A program made the position numbers and the translations under genes. A stretch of DNA of 62,695 bases, filler included. It is 12 parts of 12 records of this genome, joined end to end, with 100 filler letters (N's around TTAATTAATTAA, not from the genome) between each part and the next. Parts side by side here need not be neighbours in the genome. Positions count along the whole stretch, not along the records: positions 18,456 to 26,103 come from SRR11831585_763; positions 26,204 to 28,760 come from SRR11831585_768; positions 28,861 to 33,023 come from SRR11831585_771; 9 more parts are not named here. One strand, given 5' to 3'. The notes under the pieces are model-generated. The model ran no database searches and was not told where the DNA came from. It saw only the letters and a program-made list of their open reading frames with translations. Below, in pieces: positions 18,499 through 32,859 of the stretch (within the stretch, counting starts at the first letter, position 1; every line of letters starts with the position of its first letter).

Positions 18499-18628
18499 CT
18501 CTGTGCCAGTAATCTGAAACTCCCACGTTGTTCAGGAATTTTTTATCCGCTTCTGGACATTTTCTCTACAGAACAATCGTTAGCCCGGAAGGTCGAATCT
18601 GTGACTCTTATTTTCACGGACGAACCAG

Positions 18629-19246
18629 ATGAAAGCTTCACTGGCGCTGCTCAGCCTGCTAACGGCATTTACCAGCCACTCCTTAAAATCTCCCGCCGTT
18701 CCACCAACCGTGGTACAAATCCAGGCCAATACCAACCTTGCCATCGCAGACGGTGCCAGACAGCAAATTGGCAGCACGCTATTTTACGATCCGGCGTATG
18801 TGCAGCTTACTTATCCTGGCGGTGATGTTCCGCAAGAACGCGGTGTATGTTCCGATGTGGTGATCCGCGCATTGCGCAGCCAGAAGGTCGATTTGCAGAA
18901 ACTGGTTCACGAAGATATGGCGAAGAATTTTGCTGAGTACCCGCAAAAATGGAAGTTAAAGCGCCCGGACAGCAACATCGATCACCGTCGGGTGCCTAAT
19001 CTGGAAACCTGGTTTAGCCGCCATGATAAAACACGCCCCACCAGCAAGAACCCCAGTGACTATCAAGCGGGCGATATTGTCTCCTGGCGACTGGATAACG
19101 GGCTGGCACATATTGGGGTGGTTTCAGATGGCTTCGCCCGCGACGGTACGCCGCTGGTGATACATAACATTGGCGCAGGCGCGCAGGAAGAAGATGTGCT
19201 GTTTAACTGGCGGATGGTGGGGCATTATCGTTATTTTGTTAAATAA
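18629..19246 (+). CDS. yijF: DUF1287 family exported protein
   Basis: GVCSDVVIRA and DHRRVPNL motifs; synteny. Confidence 0.93.
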   Translation: MKASLALLSLLTAFTSHSLKSPAVPPTVVQIQANTNLAIADGARQQIGSTLFYDPAYVQLTYPGGDVPQERGVCSDVVIRALRSQKVDLQKLVHEDMAKNFAEYPQKWKLKRPDSNIDHRRVPNLETWFSRHDKTRPTSKNPSDYQAGDIVSWRLDNGLAHIGVVSDGFARDGTPLVIHNIGAGAQEEDVLFNWRMVGHYRYFVK

Positions 19247-19272
19247 GAGATCGCCCCACATGAAGAAAAAAT

Positions 19273-20178
19273 TCAGATCCTTTTTACACTGACGGCTTCT
19301 TTTTTCTTACGGCTCACCAGCGCCAGTGCCAGCACAATCAGCACAATACCGCTACCTTCAACGGCCCCCGGATTCTCGCCGAGCAGCCACCAGGAAAAGA
19401 GTACGCCGCAAACGGGAACGGCCAGTGTGCTTAAGCTGGCAATACTGGCAGGCAAGTTTTTCAATACAAACAACCATAAGCTCCACGCCAGTGCCGTCGC
19501 CAGAATCGCACTGTAGGCCAGCGCCCAGAACACGGTGGGCTGCCAGTCAATTTCACGTTGCGGCACCAGTAAAGCGACCACACTCATCACCAGCGCCGCA
19601 TACAGCATCTGCCAGGATGTTAACGACAATAAATCCACGCGCGGATGACGGGCATACAGACGTTTAGCAACAATCGCGCTCGCCCCCCAACTGACGCCGG
19701 AGAGGATTGCCAGCATGGCACTTTTCATCGAAGAGAAATCGAGTTGCCACGGCTGCAACACCAAAAATAAGCCGAAAGCGGCAATCAGAATCGCGAAATA
19801 TTGCCCACGTCGCAGGCGTTCACCGAGAAACAACGCGGCGAAAATCACCACCCAGAACGGCATGGTATAGCTCAGGATCGCCACCTTCCCCGCACCTCCG
19901 CTGACCAACGCCCACTGCGCCAGACCAACCATCCCGCAGGTTTGTAACAGGGCAATGGCTAAGGTGTATTTAAACGGTGTCGGGCGCATTCCGCGACCAC
20001 GTAATAAAAGGACGATGAATAAAACGAGAGCGCCGAAAATGCAGCGTAAGGCGGTAAAGTCGAAGGCACCGATGTAACTGGTGACTTGCTTCATGAAAAT
20101 CCAGCTATAACTCCAGATAAGTGTGAGCACAACCAGGCCACTGATTGCCAGTGGGTTGCTCTTTCCTGCGGCAGACAT
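19273..20178 (-). CDS. yijE: EamA/DMT family transporter (cystine exporter)
   Basis: About 10 TM segments; start set at MSAAGKSN; follows katG. Confidence 0.93.
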
Positions 20179-20270
20179 GAGAGATCCAGTGTGTAGTTTT
20201 CGTTCGCCCACTATACGCTGGTAAAGAACGTTCAGCGACTGCCAGCAAGCAGCCGCTGAACGGGGTCAGA

Positions 20271-22505
<2,235 letters not shown>

Positions 22506-22779
22506 TTATAATTGAATTAATCCACGGATGCGATAGTTGAGATCTTACATATTGTTGGTTAAAGAGATGTAGATCAAATTGATCTTAATTAAGCTTTTTT
22601 GATTATGTCCGAATTCGGACAAATGCTTTATAAAAAAGGGTTTTAGCTTCATATCCTTCAAGTAATGAGGGAGAAAACAAGGCTGATAACCTTATTTTCC
22701 CGCCCTCATTTCGAGGCAGCATTTTGTGCTCTGTTTAAAATTTGTGATCACTGTGTGATTTTCACAAAAGCCACACTAT

Positions 22780-23673
<894 letters not shown>

Positions 23674-23711
23674 TTACCTCATCAATCGCTTGTAGTTATA
23701 TGTTGTGTTGT

Positions 23712-23751
23712 GCACATCTATCCGTTTAGACGTCCAGATGTAAAGATGAAG
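23712..23751. promoter_or_regulatory. Five tandem MetJ met boxes upstream of metF
   Basis: GCACATCT ATCCGTTT AGACGTCC AGATGTAA AGATGAAG, resembling AGACGTCT in 8-bp register. Confidence 0.85.
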
Positions 23752-24018
23752 GAAAAGCCGAAGGGCGTCAACCGAAAAATGACCAATGATGGTGAGGAAA
23801 AATCAGGGAAGATGAAAAAACTTCAGGATGGTAAGAAAAAGAAAATCCGGTATGCAAAGCAAACCGGACTGCAAATATAAACTAACCATGTACTTATTGC
23901 TTCTTGCCGGATTCGTCGTAAACGCTTAATCCGGCCTAATCCTATGATAATTCAATATATTTCATTAGAAACCATAAACCCGAAAACATGAGTACCGGGC
24001 ATTATTAAATTTCTGAAA

Positions 24019-26103
24019 TTACAACAACTGTGCCAGCCGGTTGATATCCGACTGAATCGCCCCGGCGGTGACGTCGCGCCCAGCGCCAGGTCCGCGGATC
24101 ACCAGAGGGTTATCGCGATACCAGCGGCTTTCGATGGCAAAGACGTTATCGCACGGCAGCAGTGATGCCAACGGATGATCTTCACGCACCGCTTCCACGC
24201 CTACACGCGCTTTACCGTTGGCATCGAAACGCGCCACGTAGCGCAGCACCAGCCCCATTTCGCGGGCCGCTTCCAGCCGTTGCACCATCTGCTCGTTCAG
24301 TTCATCGCCATTTTCAAAGAAATGGTCGATGCTGCCGCCTTCGCAATGAGCAGGCACCAGCGATTCCACACGTACCTGATCCGGTTCGATGTTGTAACCT
24401 GCTTCACGCGCCAGAATCACCAGCTTGCGCATCACGTCTTTGCCAGAGAGATCGTCACGCGGGTCAGGTTCGGTTAAGCCCTGCTGCCACGCCTGATCCA
24501 CCAGCTCGGTAAACGGCACGCTACCGTCGAATTGCAGGAACAGCCAGGAGAGCGTGCCGGAGAAGATCCCGCTGATCGACAAAATAGTATCGCCGCTGTC
24601 GATCAGATCGCGCACGGTGTGGTTGATCGGCAAGCCCGCACCGACGGTGGCATTGTACAGCCAGTGACGCCCGGTTTTTTCGAAGGCGTCGTGGATCTGG
24701 CGATATTTATTGCTGTCGCTGGCTCCCGCCAGTTTGTTGGCGCTGATAACGTGGAAACCGTGGCTGGCGAAATCAAGATACTGATCAGCAAGCTGCTGGC
24801 TGGCGGTAACGTCCAGCACCACTAAATCATCATACGGATGGGCGCGCATCCACAGGAACAACGACTCTTCATCCTGCTCAACCGCTTCATCGTTGAAGAA
24901 GGCTAACGCGCGGCTGGCGTCCAGCCCGTCATAGCTCAACAGGCTGCGGCGGCTGTCCACCACACCTGCCAGCACAAACTCAAAGCCGGTACGTGCCGAA
25001 AGCGTGCTCTGCTCACGGGCGAACAGTTCCAGCCAACGGGAACCGATATTGCCCTTACCGAACAATACCAGGCCGATGCGTTTTTCTGCGCGGAAGACGG
25101 ACTGATGCAGCCCCTGAATCAGGCTTTCGGTCGGGCCGGTGCGCAGTACTGCCACCAGGCTGATGCCGTCATCGGACTGCCAGGTAAATTCGACCGGCTG
25201 GCCTTTCAGTTGCTGCCAGAAGCGGTGGCAATGCAGCGGGTTACGGGTGACGCCTGCACCGACCATCGCCACCAGCGCCAGCCCCTGACGCAGGCGCAGT
25301 TCGCCAGGTAATCCCGCTTCGTCGAGGATTTTCAGCGCACTGTCGGCCACTTCTGAGGTGTAGCAAAATTGCAGCAACTGGCGATCGTTATGTACGCCAA
25401 CCGCCAGCGGGCGTACCTGCGCGCGTTTCAGGATTTGGTCGATCTCTTTATGCGCCAGTTTGAAATCCTGACTGGCGGGCACCTGAAACTCAATCAAACA
25501 GACATCATCGTGGCTGGTGACAATACGCGCACCAGTACCGGAGGCCAGCACGCGTTCAATGCGCGTGGAACCTTGATCCGGCGTGTAGCTACAGCGCAGT
25601 TGCAGGTCGATTTCGCTGCCAGAAACCGGCTGTAAAGTACGGGCGTGAAGAACGGGAGCCGCCAGGCGCGCCAGTTCGCTGGCCTCATCCAGACGCAGCA
25701 ACGGCAGCAGGCAGGCATCTTTCACTTTACGCGGGTCGGCACTGTATACCCCGGCGACGTCGCTCCAGATGGTTACGCGAGAAACACCCGCCAGCGCACC
25801 GATTTGTGTCGCGGAATAGTCGGAACCGTTACGCCCCAGCAGCACCGTTTCACCGGCGTTGTTGCGGCTGATAAATCCGGTCACCACCAGACGTTTGCCC
25901 GGATGTTGCACCAGCAGCTGTTGCAGCAACGGGTAAGAAAGCCCTTCATCAACCTGCGGTTGTGCGGCGCGTTCAGCGCGTAAAAACTCGCGGGCATCAA
26001 GCCAGGCCGCTGGCAGCCCTTGTTGATTAAGTACCGCAGACATCAGACGTGCCGACCATACTTCCCCGTGGCCACCACTTCCGCATACACTGCGTCGTAA
26101 TAC
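24019..26103 (-). CDS. metL: Aspartokinase II / homoserine dehydrogenase II, 5'-truncated
   Basis: LGRNGSDYSA, GKGNIG and GPGAGRDVTA motifs; cut by spacer. Confidence 0.97.
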   Translation of the reverse strand, partial: VLRRSVCGSGGHGEVWSARLMSAVLNQQGLPAAWLDAREFLRAERAAQPQVDEGLSYPLLQQLLVQHPGKRLVVTGFISRNNAGETVLLGRNGSDYSATQIGALAGVSRVTIWSDVAGVYSADPRKVKDACLLPLLRLDEASELARLAAPVLHARTLQPVSGSEIDLQLRCSYTPDQGSTRIERVLASGTGARIVTSHDDVCLIEFQVPASQDFKLAHKEIDQILKRAQVRPLAVGVHNDRQLLQFCYTSEVADSALKILDEAGLPGELRLRQGLALVAMVGAGVTRNPLHCHRFWQQLKGQPVEFTWQSDDGISLVAVLRTGPTESLIQGLHQSVFRAEKRIGLVLFGKGNIGSRWLELFAREQSTLSARTGFEFVLAGVVDSRRSLLSYDGLDASRALAFFNDEAVEQDEESLFLWMRAHPYDDLVVLDVTASQQLADQYLDFASHGFHVISANKLAGASDSNKYRQIHDAFEKTGRHWLYNATVGAGLPINHTVRDLIDSGDTILSISGIFSGTLSWLFLQFDGSVPFTELVDQAWQQGLTEPDPRDDLSGKDVMRKLVILAREAGYNIEPDQVRVESLVPAHCEGGSIDHFFENGDELNEQMVQRLEAAREMGLVLRYVARFDANGKARVGVEAVREDHPLASLLPCDNVFAIESRWYRDNPLVIRGPGAGRDVTAGAIQSDINRLAQLL

Positions 26104-26203
26104 NNNNNNNNNNNNNNNNNNNNNNNNNNNNNNNNNNNNNNNNNNNNTTAATTAATTAANNNNNNNNNNNNNNNNNNNNNNNNNNNNNNNNNNNNNNNNN
26201 NNN
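26104..26203. other. Artificial contig spacer 3 (E. coli to eukaryote)
   Basis: N44-TTAATTAATTAA-N44. Confidence 0.99.
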
Positions 26204-26229
26204 ACACACACACACACACACACACACAC

Positions 26230-26705
26230 CCTGCTGCGCAAGGAACTGCATAACGGTGATAGGCTGACCACCATTGCACGGGTCTGATCCACCATTGTCA
26301 CAGTCCAACACAAGCTCAGGAGAGATCTGACCTGAAAACCCTTGTGTGATGCAAAGTCGATCGCTCAATGTCTCCGTGGTGGAAAAGGCGTAGCAGCTAG
26401 CAGCAGACACAAACACAACACATGAGAACAACAAAAAAGCGTGCGGAAAGATCAACAGCGATATCGCAGTCCAACACGAGGGCGTCTGGAGGAGGAGGTA
26501 GGATGTCAATTGGAGTAGGGAACGTACCTGCCACAAGATGCCTGTGACAGAATATTCCACGGACATCCCCACTGCTGGCGGGAGTCGAACTGCGCATAGG
26601 CGTTCACAATGAACAGAGCAAACACAACGCAAGCTGCGATCCACGGGTCAGAAGTTGTGCTCGAAGGGGGATATGTGCGTGTGGGTACGTACCGAAGAAG
26701 CGCAT
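26230..26705 (-). CDS. Eukaryotic cathepsin B-like (papain C1A) cysteine protease, 5' exons
   Basis: Exons 26705-26693, 26633-26528, 26396-26230 with GT-AG introns give MRFFACVVFALFIVNAYA-QFDSRQQWGCPWNILSQASCGSCYAFSTTETLSDRLCITQGFSGQISPELVLDCDNGGSDPCNGGQPITVMQFLAQQG. Confidence 0.85.
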
Positions 26706-26820
26706 CGTTTTTGCAGGACACGACCGCACTACAGTCTGGTGCGATAGACAAATGCGAATATGCGAACGCCGCCGAATCGAAAGGTGATGAATTTTTGTGT
26801 AAATTAACTTGTAATGCACG

Positions 26821-26846
26821 CTAACCCTAACCCTAACCCTAACCCT
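26821..26846. repeat. Interstitial telomere-type repeat (CCCTAA/TTAGGG), about 4 copies
   Basis: CTAACCCTAACCCTAACCCTAACCCT. Confidence 0.9.
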
Positions 26847-27007
26847 TTCACATACACAGTAGCGGCACGTCATGTCGATCTGTCTTTTTTCGCGATTCTT
26901 CGTTGGCGAGTTACACACAGGGAAAGCTCCACACATGACTGTCTTCTGCTATTCACAGCCTCTTCATTGTGTTTGTGTTTCTTCTTCATCGGATTCGTCG
27001 GATCGCC

Positions 27008-27712
27008 ATGATCCGAGTCGCCTCTGCTAGCCCGGCCGACCCGCTTCCCCGTGTGCGAAGCCCGCTCATCGAGATGGGTCAAAATTGTCGCACAGCCAAG
27101 TTTTTGTACTCGCCGTCCCCGTCCTCCGGCGTGCAACTGCTGGACCTGCCCGATGAGTGCATCGGACTCATCGTGTCAGAAGCGCGTTGGGAGGACGCCA
27201 TATCACTACAACTTTGCTCATCAAGGCTTCAACGTGTTGTCACCGAGTGGCTTCCGGCATTGGACTTCTCCATGTTCGCACCAGATGTCCCTCTGCCGGA
27301 ACTTGTACTTTTTGCCAGCCGGTACCCCGGCCTGCGCAGACTGAACTTGCGTCGGCTGCTCCTTGCGCGCTGTAAGCCACGATCTCTCGTGTCGCGGGAC
27401 GATGAGCAGCACCGGATCAAGCTCGATGAAGCGTTTGTGCAGCTGGCGCTCAACTGCCCCAGTTTGCAAGTTCTCGACATGGGCAACTGCGAGCTGTCCG
27501 ACCGTGTAGTGGAGGAAATCTCCACGAATTTTCACGATCTTCGCCATCTCAACATTAGCTTTTCGCACGGCGTAACAGACCGGGCCTTGCGCCGTCTTTC
27601 GCAGGGGTGTCCTGCGCTGGTGCATTTGGATTTGCGGTGTTGTCCGTCTGTGAGTATGCGTGCAGTGTGGGAGCTGGAACAGGCACTGCCCCGTGTGCGG
27701 GTTCGACTGTGA
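27008..27712 (+). CDS. F-box / leucine-rich-repeat protein (FBXL-like), intronless
   Basis: F-box LLDLPDECIGLIV..LQLCSSRLQRVV; cysteine-containing LRRs such as CPSLQVLDMGNC and CPALVHLDLRCC; alternative start ATG27074. Confidence 0.85.
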   Translation: MIRVASASPADPLPRVRSPLIEMGQNCRTAKFLYSPSPSSGVQLLDLPDECIGLIVSEARWEDAISLQLCSSRLQRVVTEWLPALDFSMFAPDVPLPELVLFASRYPGLRRLNLRRLLLARCKPRSLVSRDDEQHRIKLDEAFVQLALNCPSLQVLDMGNCELSDRVVEEISTNFHDLRHLNISFSHGVTDRALRRLSQGCPALVHLDLRCCPSVSMRAVWELEQALPRVRVRL

Positions 27713-27910
27713 GTGATGTGTGAGCAACAAGAGGGGAAAGAGAGAGAGAGAAAGTGTGTGTGCGTGTCTGTGTTTGTGTGTTGGTGTCTGTGAGTATGCG
27801 TGCCGTGTGGGGGTAGAGCACGCACTGCCCCGTGTGCGGGTTCGATTGTGAGTTTTGAAAGAGAGAGGAGGAGGGGAAAAGCGTGTGTATTTGTGTGCGT
27901 GTGTGTGTTT
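27646..27910 (+). repeat. Degenerate tandem duplication (about 140-bp unit) of the F-box gene 3' end
   Basis: 27646-27714 recurs at 27786-27853; both copies are followed by GA-rich then TG-rich tracts. Confidence 0.85.
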
Positions 27911-28484
27911 GGATGTGTGTGTGCTGTGCCATGCTAACGGCTCACAGCTGTACAAAGAAAACGTTTTGTTGTATACATATCGTGTATATATATGCATTAA
28001 TTCGTGTTACTGTTGTTGTCTGCACCACGTAGTGGTGCGGTTTCCCCCATATGAGATGCATGTAAAGTATGGAGGAATAATGTTTATACGAATTTGTTCG
28101 ATACCATATGTTGGGTCACTGGTGTTACTAGGTTGTTTGTATGTATATATGTATATACTATAGTGAGTGTTGCCCATTGTGAGAATATATGTATGTATTA
28201 GAATGAGGGTTGTCAGTTGTGACAAGTTCACACACGTGGTCGCTCACAAGGAAGTAAAAATCAAACAACACGACGCGGTGGCTCGCTGTGCATTTCGTTG
28301 TCAGTAAAAATAAATAGTTTAGTGCACTTCAACATTCGATACCACGCAGACACAGATGCATCTACGCGATGTACAACTTCGCCGCCAACACAACACCGAC
28401 CTCAAAAACAACGAAGTAACTGCAACGTCACAGTATATCCGGAGATATATACGAAAGGTACATTCATAAGCGTGCAGTCAGTAC

Positions 28485-28622
28485 TTACTCTGACAATCGT
28501 TTTAAAATCTCCTCAAACGACGGTCTCTGTTTGGGTTCGCTGTGCCAGCAGTCACGTATGAGTGTGGCATACTGCGGGGGTAGGTCATCGGGTATAGAGG
28601 GGCGAAGTCCTTCAATTTTTAC
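28485..28622 (-). CDS. C-terminal exon of a tyrosine-kinase-like (TKL) protein kinase
   Basis: After acceptor TACCAG: VKIEGLRPSIPDDLPPQYATLIRDCWHSEPKQRPSFEEILKRLSE*, kinase subdomain X-XI signature; not in the ORF track. Confidence 0.85.
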   Translation of the reverse strand, partial: VKIEGLRPSIPDDLPPQYATLIRDCWHSEPKQRPSFEEILKRLSE

Positions 28623-28760
28623 CTGGTATATACCATGTTAAGATACGAGTAATGGTATCGGGCCGTGCGGTTTCACAAGGTAGGTGCGGACATACAATAT
28701 ACACGCACAGAAAGAGAGAGGACAACACACACATACGCACACACACACACACGCACACAC

Positions 28761-28860
28761 NNNNNNNNNNNNNNNNNNNNNNNNNNNNNNNNNNNNNNNN
28801 NNNNTTAATTAATTAANNNNNNNNNNNNNNNNNNNNNNNNNNNNNNNNNNNNNNNNNNNN
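28761..28860. other. Artificial contig spacer 4
   Basis: N44-TTAATTAATTAA-N44. Confidence 0.99.
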
Positions 28861-29054
28861 TTTCCTGCTAAGCCCGGATGCCGGTGCTAAACCGGGTCAT
28901 CAGGTGAAATAATACCCCCTTCAACGGCGCTGCATCGACAGCGCCTTTTCTTTATAAATTCCTAAAGTTGTTTTCTTGCGATTTTGTCTCTCTCTAACCC
29001 GCATAAATACTGGTAGCATCTGCATTCAACTGGATAAAATTACAGGGATGCAGA

Positions 29055-32000
29055 ATGAGACACTTTATCTATCAGGACGAAAAATCACATAAATTCAGGG
29101 CAGTTGAGCAACAGGGAAACGAGTTGCATATCAGTTGGGGAAAAGTTGGCACCAAAGGGCAAAGCCAGATAAAAAGTTTTTCAGATGCTGCGGCAGCGGC
29201 AAAAGCGGAGCTTAAGCTGATTGCGGAGAAGGTGAAGAAGGGGTATGTGGAGCAAGCGAAGGATAATTCTTTGCAACCTTCCCAAACGGTAACGGGCTCT
29301 CTCAAGGTAGCGGACTTATCCACCATTATTCAGGAACAACCCTCTTTCGTAGCAGAAACCCGTGCGCCTGACAAAAATACAGATGCTGTTTTACCGTGGC
29401 TGGCGAAAGATATTGCTGTCGTTTTTCCGCCCGAAGTTGTACACACCACGTTAAGTCATCGCCGCTTTCCCGGAGTTCCTGTTCAGCAAGCAGACAAATT
29501 GCCCCAATTACGTCGCTTAGCCTGTAGTGTGTCGCAACGGGATAATAAAACAGCCACATTTGACTTCAGCGCCTGTTCTTTAGAATGGCAAAACACCGTC
29601 GCCCAGGCGATCAGTCAGATCGACGGCCTGAAAACAACACAGTTACCATCACCAGTAATGGCTGTACTCACGGCACTTGAAATGAAATGCACAAGATATA
29701 AAGTGCGTGAGGATGTTATGGATCAGATCGTCCAGGAAGGCGGTCTGGAATATGCTACTGATGTAATAATACACCTTCAACAGATTGATATTGAATGGGA
29801 TTATGCGAATAATGTCATTATTATTCTGCCGTCTGGCATTGCACCTAGCTACTTGGAGCAATATTCCAGATTTGAATGACGCCTACGTAAACATTTATCA
29901 CTGACGGAAGAGTCTCTCTGGCAAAAATGTGCACAAAAACTTATTGCCGCAATTCCACATATTCCAGAATGGCGGCAACCATTAATTGCTTTGTTATTAC
30001 CCGAAAAACCAGAAATTGCACATGAAATTGCCCAGCGTCTACTGGGGCAAAAAAAATTACCCTCGCTTGAGTGGTTAAAAATAGTGGCGACTGATGAGCA
30101 CATTCTTGCCTCATTAGAAAAATATCACGAACCATATGCCATTTTTGATGATTACTATTGTGGTGCGATATGGTCAGCCACCGTATTACAGGAGCAAGGT
30201 GTTGCAGCCCTGCCCCGATTTGCTCCCTATGCCGCAAGTGACTACTGCGCCGATGTGTTGCGTCATATCAATCATCCGTTCGCATTGACACTGCTTATAC
30301 GTGTAGCCGGGCAAACTAAACGCTGTCACGATCGGATGACGAAAGCCATTGCTGCGTTCCCACATGCAGCAATGGCGGCACTGACGGAACTTCTTGGGCA
30401 AAAAGAAGAGAACAGTTGGCGCATTATGCTAATGACAATGCTTATCTCACAACCAGCACTGGCAGAACAGGTCATTCCCTGGCTCTCGACACCCGCAGTT
30501 GCCGTACTGAAATCATGCCAGCAACAACTGACACAGCCCTCAAACCATGCCAGCGCCGATCTACTGCCAGCCGTAGTAGTCTCCCCTCCCTGGCTTTCGA
30601 AAAAGAAAAAATCGCCGATTCCGGTGCTGGATTTAGCGCCATTAGGCATTGAGCCAATCTGTTATCTGACAGAAGAAATCAGTAATCAACTTTTGGCGAA
30701 ATATATCTGGTATTCAAAACACATCACGGTTAGCCATGAAGAAAGTACTACCAACCTGTTGGCAAGGATGGGTTTTCAACGACGGATCGCTGGTACATAT
30801 ATTAAAGCTCCCGAAGCGGTAGTTGAGGCATGGCTAAATGAAGATTATTCAACCTTACTAAGTGAATTTAAGGTGTTTCATTCACCTACCGGGCATTATT
30901 GGCAGTTGGGGATTTTGACAACATTGCCGCTGGAGAAAGCAGTAAAAGCATGGAATGCCCTTACCCTATCTCCACATACCGATACCGAATACTCCATGTT
31001 ACATTTTGGACTCAAAGGGTTACCTGGGTTAGTAAACTCACTTGCACGCTATCCACAAGAAGCCTTGCCCATCACGAATTACTTCGCAGCGAGTGAGCTG
31101 GCTCCTGCCGTCGCCCGTGCCTTCAACAAACTGAAAACGCTACGCGAAAACGCCCGTAGCTGGCTGTTGAAATACCCGGAACATGCCCTTACCGGCCTGC
31201 TGCCTGCGGCGCTCGGCAAAGCCGGTGAAGCACAGGATAACGCCCGCGCTGCCTTGCGTATGCTTACCGAAAACGGTCATCAGCCATTACTGCAAGAAAT
31301 CGCCCGACGTTATAACCAGCCGGAAGTAACCGATGCGGTGAACGCTCTGCTTGCGCTCGATCCCTTAGATAATCACCCGACAAAAATCCCCACTCTTCCG
31401 GCCTTTTATCAGCCATCGCTCTGGACGCGCCCGGTATTAAAAGCAAATGCCCAATCACTGCCAGATAGCGCCCTCCTCCACCTCGGTGAAATGCTCCGCT
31501 TCCCTCAGGAAGAGGCTCTGTATCCGGGATTATTGCAGGTGAAAGACGTCTGTTCCGCCGACTCACTGGCGGGATTTGCCTGGGATCTGTTTACCGCCTG
31601 GCAGACCGCTGGCGCGCCGTCGAAAGAGAGTTGGGCGTTCACTGCGTTAGGCGTTCTCGGTAACGATGACACCGCCCGCAAACTGACGCCATTAATACGC
31701 GCCTGGCCTGGTGAATCCCAGCATAAACGCGCCACCGTTGGGTTGGATATTCTCGCTGCTATCGGTAGTGATATCGCCCTTATGCAGCTTAACGGCATCG
31801 CCCAGAAACTGAAATTCAAAGCATTACAGGAGCGGGCAAAAGAAAAAATTGCCGACATTGCCGAGAGCCGCGAACTCACGGTGGCGGAGCTTGAAGATCG
31901 GGTTAGCACCGGATCTCGGTCTGGATGATAACGGTTCGCTGCTGCTGGATTTTGGCCCACGGCAGTTCACCGTCAGCTTTGATGAAACCTTAAAACCGTT

Positions 32001-32850
32001 TGTGCGTGATGTTTCCGGCAGCCGCCTGAAAGACCTGCCCAAACCGAACAAAAGCGATGATGAAACGCGGGCGAACGATGCGGTTAACCGCTACAAATTG
32101 CTGAAAAAAGATGCGCGTACCATCGCCGCCCAGCAGGTAGCAAGGCTGGAATCCGCCATGTGCCTGCGCCGCCGCTGGTCGCTGGAAAACTTCCAGCTCT
32201 TCCTGGTTGAGCATCCGCTGGTTCGTCACTTAACCCGCCGTCTGATTTGGGGCGTTTATAGCGCCGAAAACCAGCTACTGGCTTGCTTTCGCGTAGCAGA
32301 AGATAACAGCTCCAGCACCGCTGACGATGATCTTTTCACCCTGCCGGAAGGCGATATCTCTATCGGCACTCCTCACGTTCTGGAAATATCACCAACGGAT
32401 GCTGCCGCCTTTGGTCAGCTTTTTGCCGACTACGAACTGCTACCACCGTTCCGCCAGCTCGACCGTAACAGCTACGCCCTGACAGAAGCCGAGCGCAATG
32501 CCAGTGAACTGACCCGCTGGGCAGGCAGAAAATGCCCGAGTGGTCGGGTCATGGGGCTGGCGAATAAAGGCTGGATAAAGGGCGAACCACAGGATGGAGG
32601 CTGGATCGGATGGATGATCAAACCTTTGGGTCGCTGGTCGTTAATCATGGAAATCGATGAAGGCTTTGCGGTAGGCATGTCGCCAGCCGAACTCAGCGCT
32701 GAGCAGCTCTTAAGCAAGCTGTGGCTATGGGAAGGCAAAGCAGAAAGATATGGCTGGGGGAGTAATTCAACACAGGAAGCGCAGTTCTCCGTAATCGATG
32801 CCATCACCGCCAGCGAGCTAATTAACGATATTGAAGCCCTGTTTGAATAA
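29055..32850 (+). pseudogene. molR: molR/yehH (WGR + DUF4132 protein) split into three ORFs
   Basis: N-terminal WGR domain; in-frame TGA at 29877-29879; +1 frameshift at CGGG 31899-31902; DUF4132-type C-terminus. Confidence 0.92.
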
Positions 32851-32859
32851 GGAAAGAGC

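Noticed and set aside
26060-26103. Apparent frameshifts at the metL 5' edge
   Set aside because: Relative to MetL as I recall it (GINDAVYAEVVGHGE), single bases are missing from short homopolymers in the last 45 nt of the contig, typical of low-quality ends.
27221-27997. 258-aa His/Thr-rich minus-strand ORF, and similar VCVC/HTHT ORFs
   Set aside because: Translation of CA/TG microsatellites and of the antisense strand of the F-box gene.
28561-28680. Possible snRNA with an Sm-like AATTTTTA site
   Set aside because: Explained by the minus-strand kinase exon and its acceptor.
26104-28860. Eukaryotic genes between E. coli genes as horizontal transfer
   Set aside because: Both junctions are artificial spacers, so there is no physical linkage.
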